Assembly: GCA_033763315.1 (NCBI GenBank)
Contig: JANRKS010000028.1
Location: 32,001 to 96,000 of the forward strand
Direction: 5' to 3'
From: Deltaproteobacteria bacterium
GTDB taxonomy: Bacteria > Myxococcota_A > Polyangia > Fen-1088
DNA: 64,000 nt
The notes below the pieces were generated by a model. It was not told the DNA's origin, searched no databases, and was given only the letters and a program-made list of their open reading frames with translations. The position numbers and the translations under genes were made by a program. Below are positions 50,360 to 59,632 of the stretch, one piece after another. Every line of letters begins with the position of its first letter. Positions within the stretch are counted from its first letter, which is position 1.

Positions 50360-52105
50360 TCACTGCGCAGCTCGCACCATGCGAAATTGCGGGTCTTCCA
50401 CCACCGCGGCGAACAGCGCGTACAAGCTGTTTCCATTCTTCGCGGCCCTTGCACGAATGTTGTAAACGGGGCATGCGTCTTTGCCTTGAGTCTCAAGCCC
50501 CCGGCCCCAAGCGTACTGGGTCACCTTTTGCGAAAGACAACTTCGGAAGCGCACGTCTTCGCTCAGCAGCCTTAGGAAGTCGCGATGACCCTCGTAGGGC
50601 CGATCTTCTTCAACGTCGGGCGAGCCCATCCACAACATCGTGCCATCGGTTCGCAAAACGTTATCGTTGCCGTCACGTTCAACCCAACGACCCGTGCCGT
50701 CAAAACGTTCAAAGGGAAACGCCAGCGGATCGAAGCCGCTATGGCAGGCTCGGCAGGTGCCGTTCTCGGCTCGCGCGTCAGCATTCATGCGCTCGGTGAC
50801 CCCCGGCCCTAAAGGCCGTTGGTTCAATGCCGTGTTCACGTTTGGCCCCGGAGCCGCGGGGCTTTGGCACAAAATTGTCTTGAAGATGGTGAGTCCGCGT
50901 TCAACAACTTTGGGAATGTCGGCACCAGCATGGGCCATGAGGAATCCAGCATGTGTGAGGAAACCCAGTCGTGGTTGGTTGTCTGGCAGTTCAACCCGCC
51001 CGAACGTGTCGCTGGCATTCGCAGCACCTACGCCCGAGTGCTGGGCTAAGCGACGTGACGTAAAGGTGAAGGGCGCCGTTGCCAGCTCCCACGCAGGCGT
51101 ATCTCTGTCGTCGAGAAAGTGCTCGAACAACTGCAACGACTCTTGCACCATGTCGTTGCGAAGCTCAGCGCCAAGCGGCACATCGCTCTCGTCGCGTGTG
51201 GTGTCTGCAATTAAGTCCAAGCCCAACCACTCGGATACAAACGTGCGGAGGCCCTTCTTCGCGCGTGGATGCTTCATCAATCGCTCAAACTGCGAGGTCA
51301 ATCCAGCAGCGCGATCGAGGTCGCCCTTCTGGGCCGCATCCAGGAGCTCTGCATCTGGGCCCGAGCCCCATGCCAAGAACGCAAGACGCGTGGCTAGTTC
51401 ATAACCATCTAATTTTCGAGCGGGACCATTTTCTGGCGCAGGTTCTAGCCGGTAAAGAAACTGCGGGGAGGCAATCAGGGCGCGAAGAACCAACGTCGCG
51501 CCCATGCCGAAATCATCGCCTTGGTCCTTGGCCACCTTAAAGAGGCTCTGAAACCGCGACACTTGGCCTTCATCCAGGGGATGCCGCAGCAATCGTCGCC
51601 CCAACTCCTGCGTGAATCGTTTTTCGCACGGATCGCCGAATGCATCGCACCCAGCCAGCGCCTTTGTTGAAGAGCGTACTTTTGTGGCCACTTTTTCGGC
51701 CCATACGTCAATGCTCTGCACGAACTGCTGCGACGTAAGCAGCACCTGAACGTCGTTGCGGAACCCTTCAGGCGCCCGCACACCCACCGGCAAAGTTTCG
51801 CCAAGTTCGTCCAGCTCAAGAGCCACTTCGACAGATCTCATGATCTCGTCGGCGCTAAGCCGACGCAAGGGAACCACAGGAACATCCTGATCGTCCTGCA
51901 TGCACTCGACGGGCTTTTCGCCCACGAACGGCGGTGGTTGGCTGTCATCATCGGGGGGCGGCTGATCGTCGTTTGACGGGTCCTCCTCATCCGAGCTGCG
52001 ACCTTTGTTGATGCCGCCCGTGCATCCTGCAAAGGCTGTCGCCAACGCAACACCCAAGACAACAAGTCGAAATGGTTGAACAAGCCCACATTCCAAGAAC
52101 TTCAT
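50360..52105 (-). CDS. DUF1592/DUF1588-family lipoprotein with c-type haem motif, copy 2
   Basis: Lipobox FAGC; LRRLS, SPQFLYRLE, YELATRLAFLAW..PD, VERG, CRACHSGFDPLAFPFERFD. Confidence 0.9.
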   Translation of the reverse strand: MKFLECGLVQPFRLVVLGVALATAFAGCTGGINKGRSSDEEDPSNDDQPPPDDDSQPPPFVGEKPVECMQDDQDVPVVPLRRLSADEIMRSVEVALELDELGETLPVGVRAPEGFRNDVQVLLTSQQFVQSIDVWAEKVATKVRSSTKALAGCDAFGDPCEKRFTQELGRRLLRHPLDEGQVSRFQSLFKVAKDQGDDFGMGATLVLRALIASPQFLYRLEPAPENGPARKLDGYELATRLAFLAWGSGPDAELLDAAQKGDLDRAAGLTSQFERLMKHPRAKKGLRTFVSEWLGLDLIADTTRDESDVPLGAELRNDMVQESLQLFEHFLDDRDTPAWELATAPFTFTSRRLAQHSGVGAANASDTFGRVELPDNQPRLGFLTHAGFLMAHAGADIPKVVERGLTIFKTILCQSPAAPGPNVNTALNQRPLGPGVTERMNADARAENGTCRACHSGFDPLAFPFERFDGTGRWVERDGNDNVLRTDGTMLWMGSPDVEEDRPYEGHRDFLRLLSEDVRFRSCLSQKVTQYAWGRGLETQGKDACPVYNIRARAAKNGNSLYALFAAVVEDPQFRMVRAAQ

Positions 52106-52205
52106 GGGAACCTTTCTTCAAGCCACGCGATAGGTCGTCCACGCGGCGAACGTTGGAGCGAGCGAGCAGCGCCTGAGCCCCATCGACGTGAGACTATGCC
52201 GCCAG

Positions 52206-52217
52206 CTAAACGCTTAG
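52206..52217. promoter_or_regulatory. Palindromic operator variant (CTAAACGCTTAG), site 3
   Basis: CTAA-n-CG-n-TTAG dyad ~100 bp upstream of DUF1592 copy 2. Confidence 0.6.
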
Positions 52218-52283
52218 GCAAGGTATTTTTGCCATATCCAAGAGCGATTTGCACGTCCGCGCGCAGCGGTCTACCTTGACGAG

Positions 52284-53123
52284 ATGGACGAGGCGCTGTT
52301 TGCCATTCACCGGCGAAACAATGAGGCCACGCGCAACGCAAACAACACGTTCAGCGCACACCGTCGCCGTCTTACCAGCCTCCTCGTGCAGACTCCTGGC
52401 GGGCGGCTGGCGGTGCTGGGGGCCGGAAATGGCAATGATTTAGACTGGAACGTATTGTTAGCTGCCTTCGAGGAAGTGCACGTTTTCGACATTGACGAAG
52501 AGGCCACGTCTTACCTCTTGGACGCGCTGCCGAAATCCGCCACACCGGTGGTCGCCCATGCGCCCGTGGACCTTACGGGCACCGCATCACGCTACGCCGC
52601 ATGGCAAGCCCGACGGATCTCTCCGGAAGAATTGACTCTTGTGGCCACGGACGCGATTGAGGCCGTGGCAAGCGACATTGGTGAAACGTACGACGTCGTC
52701 GTCTCCACCTGCCTGCTATCGCAGCTTATGCACGGCGCACGCATCGCGCTTGGCGCGCAGCACGCGGACCTGCGCGCTTTGGCGGTTTGCCTGCAGCTGG
52801 GCCACCTGCGCTTGCTGTCACGTCTGTTGAACAGACATGGCAGGGCAATTTTGGTTTCAGACGTTGCGTCCAACGACGACCTCGATTTACGCCCGGTGGT
52901 GAGCTCTGAAACAGCGGCCCAGGCCATGGCCATGCTCACAGCCAACGGGCGCTGCTTTACCGGAACGGACCCTCTGCAAAGCCTTAGAATGCTTGAGACG
53001 GACGAAGTGCTTGCCACACAGGTGGACGCCCAGCTGCCGCTCAATGCGTGGGTCTGGCAGATGTCCGCTGTCAGGTCCTATCTGGTGGCGGCGCTGACAT
53101 TCGCACGAAAAACGTTGACCTAA
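52284..53123 (+). CDS. Class I SAM-dependent methyltransferase-like protein
   Basis: LAVLGAGNGNDLD, VHVFDID, YDVVVSTCLLSQL motifs. Confidence 0.7.
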   Translation: MDEALFAIHRRNNEATRNANNTFSAHRRRLTSLLVQTPGGRLAVLGAGNGNDLDWNVLLAAFEEVHVFDIDEEATSYLLDALPKSATPVVAHAPVDLTGTASRYAAWQARRISPEELTLVATDAIEAVASDIGETYDVVVSTCLLSQLMHGARIALGAQHADLRALAVCLQLGHLRLLSRLLNRHGRAILVSDVASNDDLDLRPVVSSETAAQAMAMLTANGRCFTGTDPLQSLRMLETDEVLATQVDAQLPLNAWVWQMSAVRSYLVAALTFARKTLT

Positions 53124-53131
53124 TCGATTAG
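53120..53131. promoter_or_regulatory. Palindromic operator, LacI-type (CTAATCGATTAG), site 4
   Basis: Perfect 12-bp palindrome overlapping the upstream stop codon, ~90 bp before DUF1592 copy 3. Confidence 0.7.
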
Positions 53132-53221
53132 CTGTGACAGTTTTGGGAACACCGCACTCGTAAGAGTCAGGTCGTCATGAGGGCGCAGCTCCGTGACGCA
53201 ACCACGCACGGGAGAACAGGT

Positions 53222-54949
53222 ATGAGTGGTTCTGTTTTCAGCAAAGGCTCGCTACGAGCGCTGGGGTTTTGGCTTTGCTGCCATGGAGCGGTGGCATGCA
53301 CGGGCGTTTCATCCAACGAAGGCGGTGGCCAGGGTGGCGACGGCAACGAGGCCGGCAGCCCGGGCAACGGCGGCAACGGCGGCGATGACCAGGGCGATCA
53401 ATCTGGCGGAGGTGGTGCAAACGGCGCGCAGAAATTTGCAGGCACCACGTGGCGGCGTTTGACCGCTGCGCAGCTCAACAACAGTTTGGCGGATCTGTTT
53501 GGCACCGGTCTCGCCGCCGGCGCCCCAGATCCGGACATTCGCGAGCACAACTTCCTTAGCATCGGCGCCGCACTCACGAACACATCATCGGGAGGCGTTG
53601 AGAAGCTGCAAACGCTGTCGCATGAGTTGGCTGAAAAGATTGCGCTCGATCCAAACCGCCGCAAGCTTTGGTTCGCATGCGATCCAAAGACGGACTTCGG
53701 CGCGTGCGTCTCGGCCTCATTGAAGAAACTGGGCGTCGCTATGTTCCGGCAGCCGCTGCCGAATGAAACTCTTGCTGGGTTGCTGGCATTGGCAGAACAA
53801 GCAAAGACAAGTTTCGGTGATCCTTGGATTGGCGTGCAGTACGCGCTTGCCGCGATGATGCAATCCCCCCGCTTTTTCTACATACAAGAGAAAGTGCGCG
53901 GCGACGCGAAGCCTGGGGAAAGTGTGGCACTCGATGGCTACAGCGTTGCGAGCCGCTTGTCGTTCCTGCTGTGGAACACAACACCGGATGCGGAACTGTT
54001 AGCGGCTGCGGACAAGGGCGAGCTTGATTCCGACAGTGGCATCGAAACACAAACCACGCGCTTGCTGCAAAGTCCGCGCGCCAAGCAAGGCTTCCGGGAA
54101 TTTTTTGCTTCCGCGTGGGGCATTCACAAAGCAGCCAACCGCAGCTTCGACGTGGAGGCATACCCGATGCTCGCGGCCACAGTCGGCGCTTCAGCGCTGG
54201 AAGAAGCGTTGCGGTTCATCGAAACTCACATCATCGACGGCGGCAAACCGTTGGGTCAAGCGTTGCTCTCGAACGAAACATTCGTGAACAGAGACGTTGC
54301 TCCGATTTACGGGCTGCCCGCTTTGCCCGGACCCGCTTACGCCAAAACCACTTTGCCTGCCTCGGCCAAACGGCACGGTTTCTTCACGCATACGGCTTTC
54401 TTGATCGCAAACTCAACGCCCATCGATACGCAGCCTATGCTGCGTGGCCGCACCGTGCGGGAGAATCTGTTGTGTCAGCAGATACCAGATCCCCCCGCCA
54501 ATCTAATGGCACAGCTTCCGCCGCTGGAGCCAGGCAAGAAGCAGACAAAACGAGAGCGGTTGGCCGTTCATCGCGAAGATCCTTTCTGCGCCAGCTGTCA
54601 CGATCCCATCGATCCACCCGGGCTGGCGCTTGAAAACTACGATGCCGCCGGCTTTCACCGCAGCAGCGAAGACGGCTTGGCGATCGACGCCAAAGGTGAT
54701 CTTGACGGTGCCGCTTTTGACAACCCTGAGGGCTTCGTCAAAGCCATCATCGGGCACCCGGCGTTCTATCCCTGCTTCGTCACCAACCTTTATCGCCATG
54801 CTACCGCACATGTTGAGACAGCCGACGAAGAGGAGGCGCTCGCTACACTTGCCAACGAGTTCGTTGACGACCAGGCCAATGTGCCACGGCTTTTATCGAA
54901 GCTCACGCGCAGCCGGCTTTTCACCCACGGCACCATGCCCGCCCTTTGA
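53222..54949 (+). CDS. DUF1592/DUF1588-family lipoprotein with c-type haem motif, copy 3
   Basis: Lipobox AVAC; WRRLT, SPRFFY, YSVASRLSFLLW..PD, TQPMLRG, CASCHDPIDPPGLALENYD; start 53222 (alternative 53177). Confidence 0.9.
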   Translation: MSGSVFSKGSLRALGFWLCCHGAVACTGVSSNEGGGQGGDGNEAGSPGNGGNGGDDQGDQSGGGGANGAQKFAGTTWRRLTAAQLNNSLADLFGTGLAAGAPDPDIREHNFLSIGAALTNTSSGGVEKLQTLSHELAEKIALDPNRRKLWFACDPKTDFGACVSASLKKLGVAMFRQPLPNETLAGLLALAEQAKTSFGDPWIGVQYALAAMMQSPRFFYIQEKVRGDAKPGESVALDGYSVASRLSFLLWNTTPDAELLAAADKGELDSDSGIETQTTRLLQSPRAKQGFREFFASAWGIHKAANRSFDVEAYPMLAATVGASALEEALRFIETHIIDGGKPLGQALLSNETFVNRDVAPIYGLPALPGPAYAKTTLPASAKRHGFFTHTAFLIANSTPIDTQPMLRGRTVRENLLCQQIPDPPANLMAQLPPLEPGKKQTKRERLAVHREDPFCASCHDPIDPPGLALENYDAAGFHRSSEDGLAIDAKGDLDGAAFDNPEGFVKAIIGHPAFYPCFVTNLYRHATAHVETADEEEALATLANEFVDDQANVPRLLSKLTRSRLFTHGTMPAL

Positions 54950-54970
54950 AGGTTCGAGGAGAAAATCGAC

Positions 54971-56326
54971 ATGAAGTTCAATCCGCTTTCTCGACGACGT
55001 TTTTTGGGCGGCAGCCTGGGCGCTAGCGTGCTTCACGTGGCGCTCCCGCGGTTGTCACCGATGCTTGATAGCCACGGCGTGGCATGGGCCAACGGTGACA
55101 AGCCGCTTCGCTACCTCACGTTTGGCTTCGGCTGTGGCGTGGTGACACAACACTGGAACCCCACAGCTTATGGGCAAGGCAGCGCCTGGTCACTGCCTCC
55201 CGCTCTTGCCCCCCTGGCCAAGTGGAAGTCGCACATGAGCGTGGTGACCGCGGTGAACGTGGAAGGGGCAGGCTCACACGGCACGGGCAACATCGTCTAT
55301 TTGTCAGGTGCGCGCGCCAGCCGTAGTACGGGCCCTTCCCTTCCCACATTGGATCAACAGATTGGCGCGAAGACCAAAGCATTCACGCCGCTGAAGTCTT
55401 TAGAGGTGGGCCTCATCGACAACCAAGACGATCGCACCGTGGGGCACCTATACTGGTCGCACAACGGCCCGAAGAGCCCTAATCCTCCTCTGTTTGATCC
55501 CAAGGCCGTGTTCGATAGGTTGTTTGGCGCCGGCACAAATACGACGCAGCCTGACCCGCAGGCCGCGCAGACCGCAGAGAAGATCCGTGGCATGAAGAAG
55601 AGCGTGCTCGACTTCGTGGCTGAAGACGCCCAACGTCTGCGGGCTGAACTGCCCGCGTCCGATAAGCGGCGGCTAGATCAACACCTCACGGCAGTCCGCG
55701 AGCTTGAACAACGCTTAAGCAAACCAGTAAGCAGCGATGGTGGCACGCAACCTCCATCCTGCAAAACGCCTGGAGCCGTGGCAGCCTCAGCGCCGCCAAA
55801 CAGCTTTGCGGGCGCTGATAAGATCGTGCAGCCGATGGCAAAGCTGATGGCACTGGCGTTCGCGTGTGACATCACCCGCGTCGGCACGTTCCAAACCACA
55901 CAAGCCGCTTCACGTGCGAGTTGGTCGGATCTCGGCATTGCCAATTGGCATGGCACCTCCCATGACGGCTCGGCCGCCGGGCAAGAAAAGATCCAAAAAG
56001 TGGTCGTCAAGCACATGGAGTGGCTGAAGGTCCTTGCCACTGAGTTCGAGCAAACACCCGATGGCGCAGGTAATCTGCTCGACGCTTGCGCCATCTTGAC
56101 TGTGAACGAGGTGGGGCAAGGCTGGACGCACCAAAGCTCGGAGATGCCCACGCTGATTCTGGGCAAAGCCGGCGGCAACCTCAAAGGAGACGTCGCGCTC
56201 CGCTTGGGCGGCTGGTGCGGCAAAGTGTGTTTGACCGTGGCGCACGCCGTGGGTGTTCCCTTGACCAGCTTCGGTGGCGGCGGCACGGTTGAAACACAAC
56301 CCATCGCGGCCCTGCTCAATGTTTAA
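54971..56326 (+). CDS. DUF1552 family Tat-exported protein, copy 3
   Basis: SRRRFL Tat motif; TLDQ, SLEVG, DP.AVFDRLF, SVLD, RLDQHLTAVRELE, AFACDITRV, WHGTSH, NEVGQGWTH. Confidence 0.92.
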   Translation: MKFNPLSRRRFLGGSLGASVLHVALPRLSPMLDSHGVAWANGDKPLRYLTFGFGCGVVTQHWNPTAYGQGSAWSLPPALAPLAKWKSHMSVVTAVNVEGAGSHGTGNIVYLSGARASRSTGPSLPTLDQQIGAKTKAFTPLKSLEVGLIDNQDDRTVGHLYWSHNGPKSPNPPLFDPKAVFDRLFGAGTNTTQPDPQAAQTAEKIRGMKKSVLDFVAEDAQRLRAELPASDKRRLDQHLTAVRELEQRLSKPVSSDGGTQPPSCKTPGAVAASAPPNSFAGADKIVQPMAKLMALAFACDITRVGTFQTTQAASRASWSDLGIANWHGTSHDGSAAGQEKIQKVVVKHMEWLKVLATEFEQTPDGAGNLLDACAILTVNEVGQGWTHQSSEMPTLILGKAGGNLKGDVALRLGGWCGKVCLTVAHAVGVPLTSFGGGGTVETQPIAALLNV

Positions 56327-56396
56327 GCCGTTTTGGTGTTCACGCCCGCCGACGTGACCAGCCCTCGAGGTCGCGCCCTCGACGCGCATATAGGGC

Positions 56397-57425
56397 TCAG
56401 AGCTTTCGTTTTTGTGGGTTTGCCAAACTTGCAATCGAGGCCGGTGGTTTACCAGTAAGCGTTCTAAGGAACGCCACTATGTCATCCACCTCGTTGGGCT
56501 CAAGGATGATGCCCAGCTGAACCTCGGCCATCACTTTGACCGCCTCGGCCAAGGTGGCCGCTGAAGCGTTATGAAAGTAGGGCCCCGTCAACTCAACGTT
56601 GCGCAACGTTGGCACTTTGAACCGGTGCAAATCAGCTTTGCTCTTTGTGACGTTGAAGCGCCCCATGTCCCGGCGTTGCGTGCTGCCGGCCCCTTTTAAG
56701 AACGAAGGTTTGCCAACCACGCCAAACCGCTCGAAGGAGACGCCCCCCAAGTTGGAGCCATTGTGGCATTTGTCACAGGACCGTTTTTGAAAGGCCTCGA
56801 ACCCGCGCAGCTCTTGAGCGTTCAGCGCCTTTTTGTTTCCAAGCAAATATCGGTCGAACTTTGAATCGAGGGTGATTAACGATTTCTCAAAAGTGGCAAT
56901 CGCGTCCCGTACGTTTGAAGGAGTCACGCCGTCTTTGTATTTCTTTTGAAACGCGGTGGCGTAAGTGGCGTCGCGCGAAAGGCGCTCGATCACCACAGGC
57001 CACTCGGCCGCCATCTCAGCTGGGTTCGTGACAGGACCGTCAACCTGTTCAACGAGATCAGCGGCGCGGCCATCCCAGAATTGTTTGAAGTTGTTGGCCG
57101 CGTTGAAGACCGTGGGCGAATTTAGCTCACCGACCCGACCTCCCACACCCACAGAAAAGGGTCGCGGATCGTGGCCACCTGTGGCCAGGTCGTGACAAGA
57201 GGCGCACGACAAGGTTTCGTCCTTCGACAGCTTTGTTTCGAAGAATAAGCGGCGGCCGAGGGCCACCTTCTCTGTGTCCAACCCTTTGGGAGCCACAAGT
57301 GGTTCGAAAAGCTCGGCATGCGCCCCAGAACACACGCCTGCAAACAAGGCAAAGGCCAGAACGACTTTGGGGCAGGTTTTGGTCACGCTCACGAGAAACG
57401 CATCGACGAGACGAAGTTGTAACAT
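56397..57425 (-). CDS. Di-haem cytochrome c peroxidase (CcpA/MauG family)
   Basis: CASCH and CDKCH haem motifs, NSPTVFN, QFWDGRA, NPAEM, FKVPTLRNVELTGPYFH; signal peptide ending AHA. Confidence 0.93.
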   Translation of the reverse strand: MLQLRLVDAFLVSVTKTCPKVVLAFALFAGVCSGAHAELFEPLVAPKGLDTEKVALGRRLFFETKLSKDETLSCASCHDLATGGHDPRPFSVGVGGRVGELNSPTVFNAANNFKQFWDGRAADLVEQVDGPVTNPAEMAAEWPVVIERLSRDATYATAFQKKYKDGVTPSNVRDAIATFEKSLITLDSKFDRYLLGNKKALNAQELRGFEAFQKRSCDKCHNGSNLGGVSFERFGVVGKPSFLKGAGSTQRRDMGRFNVTKSKADLHRFKVPTLRNVELTGPYFHNASAATLAEAVKVMAEVQLGIILEPNEVDDIVAFLRTLTGKPPASIASLANPQKRKL

Positions 57426-57438
57426 TAGGGCCTTCGTG

Positions 57439-59493
57439 TCACGCGACGGCTTGTTCGAGCGTTCCAAACACCGAGCCCGTGTTGGGGAACGTAAATACAA
57501 ACGCTGTGCCTCGGCCTTGCGCCGTTACCACTTTTACCTTGCCGCCCAAGAGTTGGGTGGCCGCCTTGACCGCAGCCAAGCCAACCCCGCGCCCTGAAGT
57601 CACGGTGACCTCGTCGGCCGTGGATACGCCATCGTGAAACAAGGCGTTTTCCAGATCCTGTGGGGTGCTGCTGGGCAGACCCGCGGCTGCGGCTTTGCGA
57701 GCCACCTTTTCCCAGTCAACGCCGCGGCCATCCTCTTCAACCCGAAGTTCAAATGAATCTGGTAGCGCCTGAACTTCCAATCGCAGCGTGGCCGCATCCG
57801 GCTTTCCGACCGCGCGGCGCTGCTCCAACGTTTCAACACCGTGATCCACAGCGTTTCTTATCAAATGTGAAAAAGCATTCCAAAATGGCGCCCAGGTGGC
57901 TGGATCTAAGCGCACGCCGCCGTCGTCGATCTTGACCTCAAGGGGAGCCTTGCCAAGGCGGACTGAAAGTTTTTGCGCCTGTTCACCAAACCGGTGAAGG
58001 CGCGCGGCTACGGGATCCATCGTCCAAGATGAGATCCACCGTTCCAAGGCCTCGACCGGTGCGCGCTGGCGCAAACGTTCGATAAGCAAACGATGATCTT
58101 CCACAGAAATCTCAACCGCCTTAATGGCTTTGTTACCCAGAAGGTCAGCAATGGCGTTGGCCGATCTGTCCCATTCGCGCCGAATGCTTTGCCGATCGAT
58201 GTCGCTCAAAGAACGCGACTCTTCATCAATGGCTGTCTCCAACCCGTGGCAAAGCGTGGCCAATGAATCAATGCCAAACAGCGCACAGATCCCTTTGAGG
58301 GTGTGAACCAACCGCTTCTCGGTTGCCAAGTCCTTGGGGCCTTCATAGATCTGCTGCGCAAGCGTCTGCGCTTCGTTTAGAAATTCAAGCACGCCCGTTC
58401 GATCCTGAGCGATGCGCTGGAAAATGCGCATCATCTCCCGTTGCTCCTTTTCCGCGCGCTCGTGAGCCAGTTGTTCGGTGATGTCGCTGACCACCAGCAA
58501 AAGGCCCGAGGGAATTTCGCCAGAACCAAGAGGGATATAGGAGATCTGCAGCTCGCGCGCGTTGGCCGTGATGTGTTTCGGCATCTGGTCCAAAGCCAGT
58601 TCAGCAGGCAAAAAACCATCCCGCACCTGCTCCAGGCCCATGCCAAAGGCACTCGCCACACGCGCGTCGATCGGCTGCACAAGGCTTTGGAACGTAGCCT
58701 GGTCTTGCGCGTTGCCAAACCATTTGTCCATCATGGCGGACCGCTCAGGAGCCATAACCCCTTGCAGATCTATCATGGCCAAACCCTGCGCCACGTTGTT
58801 CAGAACCACGCGCATACCTTGATTCGCTTTGTCCAGCTGCGAGGTGCGCTCGGCAACCATGCGCTCGAGGCCGGCCGCATAACCAGCCAACTGTTTGTCA
58901 CGCGCCAAGATGGCCCGCGTGAAGAACACAACGAACCCGATCCCGCCAAACAAAGCAAGGAGGCCGGCCACCGCGGTGGCAGCTTTGACCTTCTGAAGCA
59001 GCGAGCGGCTTTCCACCAACCGGCGGGTGCTGACCACAACGCCAACGCTGCCCACTTGGTTGGTTTCAACGAACGATTTGGACCAAGACGAAATGTAGGA
59101 ATCGTTGGTCACGATGGTGTCGGGTTTGGTCCCGAACAACTTCTCGTTGGCCAGTGGACTTGTCCCGAAGGTCAGGACGGGCTCGCCCTTGGCGTTAACC
59201 GCAACGATGGCAAGAATGTCGTCGCTCTTCTTGAAGTCGGCGATGGCATCCTCGACCATCGCCTTATCGTCGATCGCGAGGCCAAGCTCCGCGGTGCGTG
59301 CGATCTCTGCGGCGCCTCTCTGCGCCTTCCACTGCAGATCGCTGCGCACCCCTGGGCCGAAATTGTCGAAGATCCTTTGCAGCATCAGGAATGTACCCGC
59401 TGCAAACACCAGAACCGACGCGGTGAGCACAACGATGATCAGGCGCCGAAGGCTTTCCACCTTTAGCCCCGCTTTGACGTCACTCTTTACCAT
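57439..59493 (-). CDS. Membrane-bound CheA-like histidine kinase (TM - periplasmic sensor - TM - PAS-like - HPt - HATPase; no CheW)
   Basis: Two TM helices; HPt VHTLKG; CheA-type HLIRNAVDHGVE, EDGRG, GVST, SGRGVGL, GRGT; GGGAG RBS before ATG 59493. Confidence 0.88.
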   Translation of the reverse strand: MVKSDVKAGLKVESLRRLIIVVLTASVLVFAAGTFLMLQRIFDNFGPGVRSDLQWKAQRGAAEIARTAELGLAIDDKAMVEDAIADFKKSDDILAIVAVNAKGEPVLTFGTSPLANEKLFGTKPDTIVTNDSYISSWSKSFVETNQVGSVGVVVSTRRLVESRSLLQKVKAATAVAGLLALFGGIGFVVFFTRAILARDKQLAGYAAGLERMVAERTSQLDKANQGMRVVLNNVAQGLAMIDLQGVMAPERSAMMDKWFGNAQDQATFQSLVQPIDARVASAFGMGLEQVRDGFLPAELALDQMPKHITANARELQISYIPLGSGEIPSGLLLVVSDITEQLAHERAEKEQREMMRIFQRIAQDRTGVLEFLNEAQTLAQQIYEGPKDLATEKRLVHTLKGICALFGIDSLATLCHGLETAIDEESRSLSDIDRQSIRREWDRSANAIADLLGNKAIKAVEISVEDHRLLIERLRQRAPVEALERWISSWTMDPVAARLHRFGEQAQKLSVRLGKAPLEVKIDDGGVRLDPATWAPFWNAFSHLIRNAVDHGVETLEQRRAVGKPDAATLRLEVQALPDSFELRVEEDGRGVDWEKVARKAAAAGLPSSTPQDLENALFHDGVSTADEVTVTSGRGVGLAAVKAATQLLGGKVKVVTAQGRGTAFVFTFPNTGSVFGTLEQAVA

Positions 59494-59543
59494 TATCACT
59501 CCCGCAATGGATCCTCAGGCACCGCTGCTCCGCCCTTGATGGC

Positions 59544-59570
59544 ATCGGCGTGCCGCACCGCTCGCTTAAG
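59544..59570 (-). promoter_or_regulatory. Sigma28 (FliA)-like promoter toward the kinase gene
   Basis: Minus strand reads CTTAAG-N15-GCCGAT. Confidence 0.45.
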
Positions 59571-59593
59571 CCAACCCTCCGTATGGCAAACGA

Positions 59594-59620
59594 CTCAAGT
59601 CTGATTGCGCGCCGCCCGAT
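59594..59620 (+). promoter_or_regulatory. Sigma28 (FliA)-like promoter toward the lipoprotein-porin-PBP operon
   Basis: CTCAAG-N15-CCCGAT, same spacing as the divergent site. Confidence 0.4.
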
Positions 59621-59632
59621 GCAAAACCACGC

